Assembly: GCA_963728205.1 (NCBI GenBank)
Contig: CAVSIV010000001.1
Location: 736,001-800,000 of the forward strand
Length of the DNA stretch: 64,000 nucleotides
Source: an uncultured Chloroflexia bacterium
GTDB taxonomy: Bacteria > Chloroflexota > Dehalococcoidia > UBA2979
Direction: 5' to 3'
Numbering within the stretch: position 1 is the first letter of the stretch; every line of letters starts with the position of its first letter. Shown here in pieces: positions 48,288-57,896 of this stretch. Below the pieces are notes generated by a model, which was not told the DNA's origin, searched no databases, and saw nothing but the letters and a program-made list of their open reading frames with translations. A program made the position numbers and the translations under genes.

Positions 48288-49400
48288 ATGACGAAACGCT
48301 CCACGGTCGTCCTGGCAGCGGCGTGCGCCGCGGTCGCGCTGGCGGCGGCGACCGCGTGCGGCGGGGGCGGCGGCGCCGCGACGGCGACGCGAGCCCCGGC
48401 GGGCGCGACGGCCGGCGCGGCGACGCCGGCGCCGGCGTCCGCGACGATCCCCGCGGCGGCCGCGTCCGCGACGCACTTCGGCATCGCCGGCCTGGTGCCG
48501 GCGCACTTCCCCGGCTCGACCGCGGACGACTGGAAGGCGTTCTACGCCTCGATCCCGTCGCTGGGCGGCTGGCTGGGCGCGTACTTCGCGTATGACCCCG
48601 CGCACGGCATCCCTCCCGCCGCCGCGTCGCAGCTCGAGGGGGGCGCGCAACTGGGCTTCGAGTCGCTCGCGAACATCGGCTTCAACCACGACGCCGCCGG
48701 GCAGTACCAGTCGAGCGTCGACTTCACGTCCGGCGCGCAGGTGCGCGCGTACACGGCGGCGCTCGTCGCGCTGGCGGGCGCCACGCACCCGCCGTTCCTC
48801 GGCCTCGGCAACGAGGTGAACCGGTACTGGGAGCAGGACCCGGCCGGCTACGACGCCTTCGCGCGGGCGGTGCCCGGGATCGTGCAGGCGATCCACGCCG
48901 CGTCGCCTTCGACGCAGGTGTTCGCGACGTTCCAGTATGAGTTCGTGCTCGGCGCGGGCCGGTTGTCGCCGGTGCCGGGCGGCCGCCGCCCGGAGTGGGG
49001 CCTCGTCGAGGCGCTCGCGCCGTCGCTCGACCTCGTCGGGTTCACCACGTATCCCTTCTTCGACTACGCGTCGCCGGCCGACGTGCCGGCGGACTACTTC
49101 AGCCGCGCGCTCGCGCACACCGCCGGCAGGCCGGTCGGGTTCACCGAGATCGGGTGGCCGGCCGCGCCGCTCGCGCCGGCCCCGGCATCCGACCTCGGCG
49201 GCTCGCCCGACGAGCAGGCCGCGTTCGTGCAGCGGCTGCCCGCGCTCTTCGCCGGCGTCCACCCCGCGTTCGCACTCTGGCTCGACGAGTTCGACACGCC
49301 CGCTGCCGGCCCGACGTTCGAGTCGACCGGCCTCGCGACCCGAGACGGGGAGCCGCGCCCCGCGCTGCGCGCCTGGCGGCAGGTCGCTACCGCGCGCTGA
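48288..49400 (+). CDS. Lipoprotein with clan GH-A-like glycoside hydrolase barrel
   Basis: Lipobox-like ATAC; GNEVN (acid/base) and FTEIGW (nucleophile) motifs; GFTTYP. Confidence 0.65.
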   Translation: MTKRSTVVLAAACAAVALAAATACGGGGGAATATRAPAGATAGAATPAPASATIPAAAASATHFGIAGLVPAHFPGSTADDWKAFYASIPSLGGWLGAYFAYDPAHGIPPAAASQLEGGAQLGFESLANIGFNHDAAGQYQSSVDFTSGAQVRAYTAALVALAGATHPPFLGLGNEVNRYWEQDPAGYDAFARAVPGIVQAIHAASPSTQVFATFQYEFVLGAGRLSPVPGGRRPEWGLVEALAPSLDLVGFTTYPFFDYASPADVPADYFSRALAHTAGRPVGFTEIGWPAAPLAPAPASDLGGSPDEQAAFVQRLPALFAGVHPAFALWLDEFDTPAAGPTFESTGLATRDGEPRPALRAWRQVATAR

Positions 49401-49490
49401 CCGCCGGCCGGACCGATACGGAATCCCCCGCGGGCCGCGGTCACGGCGGCCCGCGTTCGGCTATCGTGCGTCGCGCACGAGGAGGGGACC

Positions 49491-50852
49491 GTGGCCGACG
49501 ACGTTCCAGCGGTGGAGGTGGCCGAGCGTGCCGAGCGCGACGCCGTCGCGCGCATGCCGGCCACGGCCGACGGCGCCCCGGGCGCGCCGCGGCCGCGCAT
49601 GTACTACGGGTACTGGCTGCTCATCGGCGGCTTCGTCGCCATGTTCGTGTCGGTAGGCACGCAGAACTACATCGGCGGCGTGTTCCTCAAGCCGATGACG
49701 CAGGACCTGGGCTGGACGCGCACGGAGTTCACGCTCTCGCGCACCATCGGTCAGTTCGTCGTCGCATTCCTCGGGTTCTACCTCGGCGCGATCGTGGACC
49801 GGCACGGCGGTCGGCGCCTGATGCTGATCGGCGCGACCGTGCTGTTCTTCGCGATCCTCGGCCTCAGCCGTGTCACGCAGCTCTGGCAGTGGATCCTGCT
49901 CAACGGGATCCTGCTGACCTCGGGCGCGGTGATGGCCGGCAACCTGGTCGTCAACGTCACGCTGTCGAAGTGGTTCGTCGAGCGGCGCGGTCGCGTGATC
50001 GCGCTGGCGTCGATGGGCGTGTCGTTCGCGGGGATCGCGATCCCACCGCTGGCGACGGCGGCGATGAACGCGTGGGGCTGGCGGGGGGCATGGGTCGCGA
50101 CGGCGTTCGCGGCGGCGCTCCTGCTCTACCCGGTGGCGCTGATCATGCGCCGCGCCCCGGAAGACCACGGCCTCTATCCCGACGGCAAGACGCGCGAGCA
50201 GGTCGACGCGGGCGGCGGTCACGCGGCAGCGGTCGACTTCGCGACGTCGATGACGCGCGGCCAGGCGGTGCGGACGGCGACGTTCTACCTGATCGTCGTG
50301 GCGTTCGGGTTCGGCGGGCTCTCGATCAGCGTGATGCTGCTCCAGACCATCCCGTTCATGACCGACGCCGGGTACAGCCGCGGCGTGGCGTCACTGATGA
50401 TCGCGCTGACGTCGACGCCGTCGCTGCTGTCGAAGCCGGTGTGGGGCTATCTGCTGGACCGCGCGGCGCCGCGCGCGATGGCGGCGTTCGGGTTCGTCGT
50501 GAACGCGATCGCGCTCGTGCTGATCGTGGTCACGGTGCGACTGCATGCGGACCTCGCCGTGTACGCGAGCTTCGTGCTGCTGGGCTGCGGCTGGGGCGGC
50601 TTCATCCCGCTGCAGGAGGTGATCTGGGCGACGTATTTCGGCCGCCGCCACCTGGGGGCGGTGCGCAGCGCGGGGATGCCGGTGGCGCTCGTCATGCAGG
50701 CCGGCGGCCCCCTGGCGGCGTCGATCTACTTCGACCACGTGGGCAACTACAACGGCGCGTTCCTGGGCGTGGCGTTCCTCAGCGTGGTGGCGCTGCTGCT
50801 CGTGCAGTTCTTGAAGCGGCCGCAGCGCGGTGGCGTGCCGGCAGCGGCGTAG
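49491..50852 (+). CDS. MFS transporter (MCT/OFA-like)
   Basis: G.IVDRHGGRR motif A, WFVERRG, about 12 TM helices. Confidence 0.9.
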   Translation: MADDVPAVEVAERAERDAVARMPATADGAPGAPRPRMYYGYWLLIGGFVAMFVSVGTQNYIGGVFLKPMTQDLGWTRTEFTLSRTIGQFVVAFLGFYLGAIVDRHGGRRLMLIGATVLFFAILGLSRVTQLWQWILLNGILLTSGAVMAGNLVVNVTLSKWFVERRGRVIALASMGVSFAGIAIPPLATAAMNAWGWRGAWVATAFAAALLLYPVALIMRRAPEDHGLYPDGKTREQVDAGGGHAAAVDFATSMTRGQAVRTATFYLIVVAFGFGGLSISVMLLQTIPFMTDAGYSRGVASLMIALTSTPSLLSKPVWGYLLDRAAPRAMAAFGFVVNAIALVLIVVTVRLHADLAVYASFVLLGCGWGGFIPLQEVIWATYFGRRHLGAVRSAGMPVALVMQAGGPLAASIYFDHVGNYNGAFLGVAFLSVVALLLVQFLKRPQRGGVPAAA

Positions 50853-50991
50853 CGATCCGGCGGCGGCGTCGGGGCGAGCGCGGGGTCACACGCCCCGCGC
50901 TCGAGCGAGGGGGCCGGCCACGCGCCGCCGCGGCTGCCGTTGCTCCAGCAGTCCGGGTTCTCGGTCACGGGGCGCAGGTCCCGCGCTCGCC

Positions 50992-51492
50992 CTACGAGAT
51001 GCGCTCCAGCAGGCCGGTGCGCACGTCGTAGACGAAGCCGAGCACTTCGTAGTCCGGCGGGAAATGCTCGGAGCCGAGCAGGCGGCCGACGTCGTCGCGG
51101 ACGCTCTGCGCCACGTCGTCAAACGGCAGGAAGTCGATGTCGGGGGACGACCCTGCGACGGCCGCGACGCGCTCACGCAGACCCTCGTTGGTCTTCTCGA
51201 AGAGGCCGCAGTCGGTGTGGTGGATGACCACGCAGTGGCGCGTGTCGAGTAGCGCCGCCGAGAGGATGAGCGAGCGCAGCACGTCGGTCGTGACGCGGCC
51301 GCCGGCGTTGCGGATCACGTGCGCGTCGCCGAGCTCGACGCCGAGGATGCCCTGCGCCGTGTAGCGCGAGTCCATGCACGTGAGGATCGCAAGCCGCCGA
51401 CCGGGCCGGACGGGCAGCGCGCCGGCGGTGAAGCCGGAAGCGTAGGCGCGGTTGGCGGAAATGAACTGTTCGGCGAGCGACGGCTCGGGCAC
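50992..51492 (-). CDS. Beta-class carbonic anhydrase
   Basis: CMDSR, IRNAGG and HHTDCG Zn ligands. Confidence 0.92.
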   Translation of the reverse strand: MPEPSLAEQFISANRAYASGFTAGALPVRPGRRLAILTCMDSRYTAQGILGVELGDAHVIRNAGGRVTTDVLRSLILSAALLDTRHCVVIHHTDCGLFEKTNEGLRERVAAVAGSSPDIDFLPFDDVAQSVRDDVGRLLGSEHFPPDYEVLGFVYDVRTGLLERIS

Positions 51493-51722
51493 GCTGGCGT
51501 CACCTCCTGTGCGGTGGGACGCCGCGAAGGCCCGTCGTCCGGGGCGAGTGGGCGGCGGCCCTCGACGGTTTGCCGGCGCAGCATCCTGCGCCGGCGTCGA
51601 CGATACATGGCGGGTCCGCTGGGTTCACCGTGTCGGCCGCCGGACGCCGGCCGGCTGAGGTGTGCCTCCGGTTGCCCCCGCGCGACGACGGGTCCACGAT
51701 GAGGCCCCTCCCGCTCACGTCA

Positions 51723-53249
51723 ATGTCAGGTCGCCGCACACCGCGAAGGACGTTCGTGACCGAAGAACGACGGGACCCCGACGCGCGCGGGACGCGGCCG
51801 TCCACCCGGCGAGCCCCCTCTGCAACGGACCACGACCGCAACGGCGCGCGCCCGGCGCCCGGCGGCGGGCGCGACGGCGACGCCAACGGCATCGGCAACG
51901 ACAGCGGCGCCGGCCCCGGCGGCAGCGGCGGGGGACCGCGTGGCGGCACCGCGCGCGCCACCGGTGGCGCGCCCGAGCCGGCGCCGTCGGACGACGGCGG
52001 CGACGCGGGCGGGCGCTTCGCCGCGCTTCGCCGCATCCGCACCTTCGACTCCTTCTCCAACATCGGCTTCCGCTGGTTCTTCCTGGCGATGCTCGGTCAG
52101 ATGGCGTCGGTCAACATGCAGCAGGTCGTGCGCGGGTTCCTCGTGTACGAGCTCACCGGGTCGTACGCGGCGCTCGGCACCGTCGCGCTCGTCAACGCGC
52201 TGCCGGGCATGGCGCTCTCGCTCTACGGGGGTGTGATCGCGGATCGCGTGCGGCAGAAGAAGTACGTCGTGCAGGTCGGGCAGTTCCTGAGCGCGGCCAT
52301 CGCCTTCATCGTCGGCCTGCTGCTCGTCGCGGGGATGCTGACCTACGTCGATCTGCTGATCGCGTCGTTCGTCCAGGGCATCGTGCAGTCGCTCATGATG
52401 CCGGCGCGGCAGGCGATGATCCCCGAGGTCGTCGGGATGAAGCGGCTGATGAACGCGGTCGCGCTGAACGCCGCCGGGCAGAACACGATGCGGATCCTGG
52501 GGCCGGCCGTCGGCGGCCTGCTGCTCGCGATCGTGACGCCGCAGTGGGTCTACTTCTTCATGACCGCCGCGTACCTGTCGGCCGTCGCGTTCCTGGTGAA
52601 GGTGCCGAAGTCGCCGGCGCCGGACGCGGTGCCGGGCCGCGCGCGGCGCAAGGCCGGCATGCGCGAGATGTTCGACGGCATCCGCTACATCGCGAAGGAC
52701 CCGCCGCTGCGCGCGGTGCTCTCGGTGAACGTGATCGTGATCCTGCTCTCGATGCCGTACGTCTTCCTGCTGCCCGGCTTCGTCGCGAGCGCGCTCCACC
52801 AGGGCCCGGCGGTCCTCGGCCTGCTCCTGAGCTTGACCGGCGTCGGGGCGCTGCTCGGCGCGCTGGTCGTGGCGTCGCTGCCGCCGCGCAAGCGCGGGCT
52901 GCTCTACCTGCTCTCGGCGCTGCTGCAGGGCCTGATGCTGACGGTGTTCTCGTTCTCGCCGTGGCTGTGGCTGACGATGCCCGTGATGATCGTGATGGGG
53001 ATCGGCCAGGCGGGGCGGCAGTCGTTCAGCAACGTCCTGGCGCAGCAGTATTCGGCGGACGAGTATCGCGGCCGCGTGATGAGCGTGTACATGCTGCAGT
53101 TCAACCTGACGCGCATCGGCACGTTCATCGTCGGCATCCTCGCGGCGCTCTTCGGGGCGCGGCTGGCGCTCGGCGGGACGTCGCTGCTGATGGTGGGGAT
53201 GGTGCTGGCGACGCTGGCGTTCGCACCGAGCTTCCGCCGGCTGGAGTGA
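51723..53249 (+). CDS. MFS transporter (EntS/DHA3-like)
   Basis: GGVIADR, PARQAMIP, RGRVMS; Gly-rich N-terminus; start uncertain. Confidence 0.88.
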   Translation: MSGRRTPRRTFVTEERRDPDARGTRPSTRRAPSATDHDRNGARPAPGGGRDGDANGIGNDSGAGPGGSGGGPRGGTARATGGAPEPAPSDDGGDAGGRFAALRRIRTFDSFSNIGFRWFFLAMLGQMASVNMQQVVRGFLVYELTGSYAALGTVALVNALPGMALSLYGGVIADRVRQKKYVVQVGQFLSAAIAFIVGLLLVAGMLTYVDLLIASFVQGIVQSLMMPARQAMIPEVVGMKRLMNAVALNAAGQNTMRILGPAVGGLLLAIVTPQWVYFFMTAAYLSAVAFLVKVPKSPAPDAVPGRARRKAGMREMFDGIRYIAKDPPLRAVLSVNVIVILLSMPYVFLLPGFVASALHQGPAVLGLLLSLTGVGALLGALVVASLPPRKRGLLYLLSALLQGLMLTVFSFSPWLWLTMPVMIVMGIGQAGRQSFSNVLAQQYSADEYRGRVMSVYMLQFNLTRIGTFIVGILAALFGARLALGGTSLLMVGMVLATLAFAPSFRRLE

Positions 53250-53475
53250 ATCCGGAGGGCGAGGCGGCGAGCGCTCGCCGTGAGCGCTCCCGCCGGTGAC
53301 TCGCACCCGAAGAACGTCCACACGTCGACGCGCGCGCGGCGCCCGCCGCGCACCGCCCGTGACGATCCCACGGCAGCGCGTACGGCTGCCGCTCGCCGCG
53401 AGGAGCGGCGGCGTGCGCCGCCGGGGGCATCGGCGGCGTGCTGCCGCCGCTTGAGACGGGCGCCGCGGCGCGCGA

Positions 53476-54990
53476 TTAGCTGAAGAACGCTTCCACGGCG
53501 GCGCGCTCGTTGCCGAAGGGATCCTCGGCCAGCGCCGAGGCGCGGTCGAAGACCATCGTCGGCCGCGCGTGGTCGTCGTAGGCCGGCCAGGCGCCGATGC
53601 CTTCGTGGCTCGGATTGCCGGTGCGCGCGAACGCCAGCCACGCGTCCATCATGTTCGTCGAGAGCCGCTCCGCGTCCGGGCCCGTGCCGGCGAAGCGGTC
53701 CTGCGTCGGCGCGTCGAGCGTGCCGAAGACGAACGGCATCTCCAGCGCGTGGCATGCGCCGAACGCCCCGTGCCGCGCCGGCGACTCCCACGTGAAGAGG
53801 TAGACGTACGCGCGCGGCTGGTGCGCGCGCTGCGCGAGCGCGAGCCGCGCCGCCGGCACCCGGAAGCGCGCGTCCGTCTGGATCGCGTCGAGCACGTCGA
53901 CGTTCGCGTGCGGGAGCCCCAGCCCGCGGCGCGACTCGCGGTAGAGCGCGATCAGCCGGTGTGCGTCCTCGTCGTCGGCGCGCGGGAGCGTGGCGCGCAC
54001 GAGCTGCGGCAGCTGCTCGTCGGAGACGGTCGCGCGGTCGCGCGTGGCGTTGAAGAGCTTCACCTCGTCGCGGTTCGTGCCGATGAGCAGCGGCACCGAG
54101 GCGGCGGAGCCGCTCGCGACGGCGTCGAGCGGCCGCACGGGTAGCGTGTCGCCGTCGACGATCGGGCCGAACGACGGCAGGCCCTCGCGTTGCGCTCGCG
54201 CGGTGACGCGGCCCTGCGCCCCCACGATGTCCGCGGCGGGCGCCGCGAAGATCGGCTCGGGGTTCGTGCGGCCAAGGCCGAGCTCGCCGAGGAGCTCCTC
54301 GGCGAGGCGCGTGGCGGTCTCGCGGTCGCCGAGGCGCGCGGCGGTGCCGCTCTCGAGCACCGCGCGATGGAAGAGGCCGGCGGCCGCCGGCATCGCGAGC
54401 AGGCAGCCGACGGCCGAGGCACCGGCCGACTCGCCGAAGATCGTCACGTTGCCGGGGTCGCCGCCGAAGCCGGCGATCTCGTTGCGCACCCAGCGCAGCG
54501 CGGCAACGCAGTCGAGCAGTGCTGCGTTGGCGGTCACGCCGGCGCCGGGCAGGAGGTCGCCGAGGTGCAGGAACCCGAGGGCGCCCAGCCGGTAGTGGAT
54601 CGTCACGACGACGACGTCGCCGCGCTCGGCGAGCGGACCGCCGTCGTAGAGCAGCTCGGACCCGGAGCCGTGTGTGAAGCCGCCGCCGTGGATCCAGAAC
54701 AGCACCGGCCGATGCGCGCCGTCGGGACGCGGCGTGTAGACGTTGAGGTTCAGGCAGTCTTCGTCGCGCGGGCCGCTCGCGGCGAAGCCCTGGATCGGGT
54801 GGTCGCCCTGCGGGGCGGAGGCGGCGAATGCCTTCGCCGGGCGCACGTCCTCCCACGCGCCCGACGTCTCGGGCGCGGTCCACCGGCGGCGTCCGGTGGG
54901 CGCGGCGGCGAACGGGATGCCGAGGAACGCGTGGTGGTGCGGACGCTCCAGCCCCTCGACGGTTCCGTACGACGTGTCGACGCGTGCCAT
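53476..54990 (-). CDS. Type B carboxylesterase
   Basis: FLGIPFA, EDCL.LNV, HGGGF, GESAG, GACHALE. Confidence 0.93.
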   Translation of the reverse strand: MARVDTSYGTVEGLERPHHHAFLGIPFAAAPTGRRRWTAPETSGAWEDVRPAKAFAASAPQGDHPIQGFAASGPRDEDCLNLNVYTPRPDGAHRPVLFWIHGGGFTHGSGSELLYDGGPLAERGDVVVVTIHYRLGALGFLHLGDLLPGAGVTANAALLDCVAALRWVRNEIAGFGGDPGNVTIFGESAGASAVGCLLAMPAAAGLFHRAVLESGTAARLGDRETATRLAEELLGELGLGRTNPEPIFAAPAADIVGAQGRVTARAQREGLPSFGPIVDGDTLPVRPLDAVASGSAASVPLLIGTNRDEVKLFNATRDRATVSDEQLPQLVRATLPRADDEDAHRLIALYRESRRGLGLPHANVDVLDAIQTDARFRVPAARLALAQRAHQPRAYVYLFTWESPARHGAFGACHALEMPFVFGTLDAPTQDRFAGTGPDAERLSTNMMDAWLAFARTGNPSHEGIGAWPAYDDHARPTMVFDRASALAEDPFGNERAAVEAFFS

Positions 54991-55254
54991 GTGTCTCCCC
55001 TCCTCGATCCCACTCCGGCGCAGCTCGCCCCGGGGCCCAGGCGGTGACCGTGACCCGGGGCGGCCGAGCGGCTCGAGCACCGCACCGGGATTCTAGGACG
55101 GCGGAGGGTCGGGGAGTGTCCCGGGTCCTGGTGAGGCGGCGGCGCATCTGCCATCGCTTGCGAAGGGCTGCGGTCGGCGAGACCGGCGCGACGGGGGCAG
55201 GGAGGCGGCCCACCACGCTCCCCACCCCCGCCGCGGCTGCGCGAGAGGCTGCCG

Positions 55255-56175
55255 CTACGGCTTCGCCAGCGACCAGACGCCGCCGACGCCGTCACCGCTC
55301 ACGTCGGCCGGGAGGTGGTCGCCGGCGAACGTGTAGAGCGGCAAGCCCTGGTAGGTGATCTGCTGCGTCCCGTCGTCGCGCGCGAGCATGTCGAGCTTGC
55401 CGCTCGCCGCGCTCACCGCGGTCGGGGCCATGCCCTTCGGCAGGACCAGCGCCGGCCAGTTCGTCAGGCAGCTGCCGGTGCAGTTGCTGACCCCGGCGGT
55501 GTCCTTCGCGAAGGTGTAGAGCGAGAGCCCGTTCGGCGCGACCAGGTACGGGGCCTTCGCGCCGTCCGCGCGCACGCCGACGAAGGCGGTCGACGCGGTG
55601 TCGGGGCGCGCGACGAACCAGATGCCGCCGACGTTCTCGCCGTTGACGTCGCCGGGCGCCGCGTCCTTCGCGAACTCATAGAGCGGCGCCCCGTTGTACG
55701 TGACCTGCGTGCCCGAGGGCGTGTCGATGCTGTCGAGCGTCCCGGTGGCGGCAGCGTCGCCGGCGACCTGCTGGCCGCCGCCGAGGGTCAGTGGCGGCCA
55801 GGCCTGCAGGCAGCCGCCCGTGCAGTTGCTCTTCCCGGGCTCGTCTTTCAGGAAGACGTAGAGCGTCCGGCCATCGGGCGCGGTCAGGAAGGGGCCGAGC
55901 GCGGTGGTCTCGCCGACGCCGATCGCGAGCGTGGCGGCGCTCGCCGGTGCCGTGGTGGCCGCGGCGGCGGGCGTGCTCGTGGCCGTGGCCGTCGCGGCGG
56001 TGGTCGCCGCCGCTGCCGCCGCCGTCGCGGTACCGGCCGAGCTCGACGAGCTGCACGCGACGAGCGCAGCGGCGCCGACGAGGGCCAGCAGGGCTGCGAT
56101 CCCGCCTGTGCGCGCGCGGCGGAGGCCCCGGCGGCCGCGGGTGCGATGGTCGGATGACGCGTTGCGCGTGAACAT
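55255..56175 (-). CDS. Lipoprotein with repeated Y-x4-D secreted motifs (COG4315)
   Basis: LVAC lipobox; two copies of G.TLY.F.KD...SNC.G.C...WP...Q.TY.G.PLY.F..D. Confidence 0.88.
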   Translation of the reverse strand: MFTRNASSDHRTRGRRGLRRARTGGIAALLALVGAAALVACSSSSSAGTATAAAAAATTAATATATSTPAAAATTAPASAATLAIGVGETTALGPFLTAPDGRTLYVFLKDEPGKSNCTGGCLQAWPPLTLGGGQQVAGDAAATGTLDSIDTPSGTQVTYNGAPLYEFAKDAAPGDVNGENVGGIWFVARPDTASTAFVGVRADGAKAPYLVAPNGLSLYTFAKDTAGVSNCTGSCLTNWPALVLPKGMAPTAVSAASGKLDMLARDDGTQQITYQGLPLYTFAGDHLPADVSGDGVGGVWSLAKP

Positions 56176-56371
56176 GAAGCCGATCCCCTCTCGCGGCGCG
56201 TGCCGCCTTCGGTGTCGCGGTTGCCACTGACTCGCGCCGGCGGCGCGGACGGATCACCACGGGCGCGAACGCGGGCATCGGCCGCCGCGGGCGGGCTAGC
56301 ATGGGCGCCGGCGGCGCGTCCCCGCGCGCCGTTGCGGTGATCCGGAACGAGGGCTCGTGCGAGACAGTGAT

Positions 56372-56941
56372 GTGCACGACCAGCCCACCACGATCGCGGC
56401 GCGCATCCACGCGCGCGACGCCTCGGCGCTGCGCGAGCTCTTCGAACAGGAGGGGCGGCGTGCGCTGGGGCTCGCGTACCGCGTCCTGGGTGAGCAGGCG
56501 GCCGCCGAGGACGCCGTCCAGGAGGCGTTCACCCAGCTGTGGGAGCGCGCCGCGCGGCTCGATCCCGCGGGCGGCCGCATCGAGTCGCTGCTGATGACGA
56601 TGGTTCACCGTCGCGCGATCGACCTCGCCCGCCGGCGGAGCCGGGCGCCGCGCCCGCTGCCGAGCGTCGAGCTGCTGCCGCACGTCGACGAGGAGGCGCA
56701 GGCGGTGCTCGATCACGTCGTGGAGGCGGTCTCCAGCGAGGGGCTGCGCGCGCAGCTGCGCGGGATGCTCGGTGCGCTGCCGGACGAGCAGCGCCGCGTC
56801 GTCGAGCAGGTGCACTACGACGGGCTGACGCTGCGCGAGATCGCCGAGCGCGAAGGGGTGCCGCTGGGCACGGTGAAGAGCCGGCTGCGGCTGGCGATGA
56901 CGAAGCTGACCGAGGCGATGCGAACGAGGGCGCCGCGATGA
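56372..56941 (+). CDS. ECF sigma factor (SigK-like)
   Basis: AEDAVQEAF..LW, HRRAID, LPDEQR, GVPLGTVKSRLR. Confidence 0.9.
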   Translation: MHDQPTTIAARIHARDASALRELFEQEGRRALGLAYRVLGEQAAAEDAVQEAFTQLWERAARLDPAGGRIESLLMTMVHRRAIDLARRRSRAPRPLPSVELLPHVDEEAQAVLDHVVEAVSSEGLRAQLRGMLGALPDEQRRVVEQVHYDGLTLREIAEREGVPLGTVKSRLRLAMTKLTEAMRTRAPR

Positions 56942-57738
56942 CCCGGGCGATCACCTGCGACGAGGCGCGCGAGCTCTTGCCGGGCTACGCGTTCGACGCG
57001 CTCGAGGACGACGGGCGCGAGGCGCTCGAGGCTCATCTCGGCGCCGGGCGCGAGCACGACGCGGAGCTGGTGGAGCTGCGGGCGACGGTGTTCGCGCTCG
57101 ACACGCTGGCGGATGAGCGCGAGCCGTCGGGCGCGCTGGGTGCGCGGATCGCGAGCATCACGCGGGCCGCACCGGCGGTGGGCGCCGCGGATGCGGAAGC
57201 GGCCACGGCGGCGGACGCGCCGGGCGTGGGGGTCGCGGCCGCCGGGCCGCCGGGCGACGCGGTCGCGGCGCCGTTGACGGGGGCGACCGCGCGCGGCGGG
57301 CGCCGCGCGACGCGGCTGCGCTGGGCGCTCGCCGCGGCCGCGGTGGTTGCGCTGGTCGCCGTATTTGCCGCGGGTTGGGCGGTCGGTCGCGGCGGCCGGA
57401 GCGGCGCGGCGCCGCTGTTCGCGTTCTCGGTAGAGGGCGGCGGCGGCCAGCTCGTGCGCTTCTCCGGCGTGGCCGGCGAGAGCCCCGTCAGCGTGACGAT
57501 GGCCGGCCTCCAGCGTCTGGACCCCGAGCACGCCTACGAGCTGTGGGCGATCCGCGACGGCCGGTGGATGCGCATCGGCGTCTGCAATACGAATGCGGCC
57601 GGTGGCTGGGTCGGAACGTTCCCGTTCGCGCTCCGCGCGGGCGACGACGTGGCGCTCACGATCGAGCCGGCCGGCGGCTCCGCCGCGCCAAGCTCGACGC
57701 CGATCCTGCGCCGGGGATCCGGCGCGCGGCAGGGGTGA
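56938..57738 (+). CDS. RskA-like anti-sigma factor
   Basis: ATGA overlap with the sigma gene; N-terminal ELLPGYA..AL...E.HL, one TM, YELW and LTIEPAGGS..P. Confidence 0.85.
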   Translation: MTRAITCDEARELLPGYAFDALEDDGREALEAHLGAGREHDAELVELRATVFALDTLADEREPSGALGARIASITRAAPAVGAADAEAATAADAPGVGVAAAGPPGDAVAAPLTGATARGGRRATRLRWALAAAAVVALVAVFAAGWAVGRGGRSGAAPLFAFSVEGGGGQLVRFSGVAGESPVSVTMAGLQRLDPEHAYELWAIRDGRWMRIGVCNTNAAGGWVGTFPFALRAGDDVALTIEPAGGSAAPSSTPILRRGSGARQG

Positions 57739-57863
57739 AGCCTGCCCTGTGCCCCATGGGGTTGAACGTCATCGTGAAGCGGCGGCAGATATGCCGCCGA
57801 CAGAAGCGCGGCGCCAGCCGCGGACTGCGTCCGCGTCCTGTCGGCGGCGTATCTGCCGCCGCT
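57738..57863. repeat. Composite REP/MITE-like palindromic element, copy 2
   Basis: Core 57777-57863 nearly identical to 27103-27191. Confidence 0.75.
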
Positions 57864-57896
57864 GTGACTGTTCGACGAGACCGCCGCGCCTCGGCG

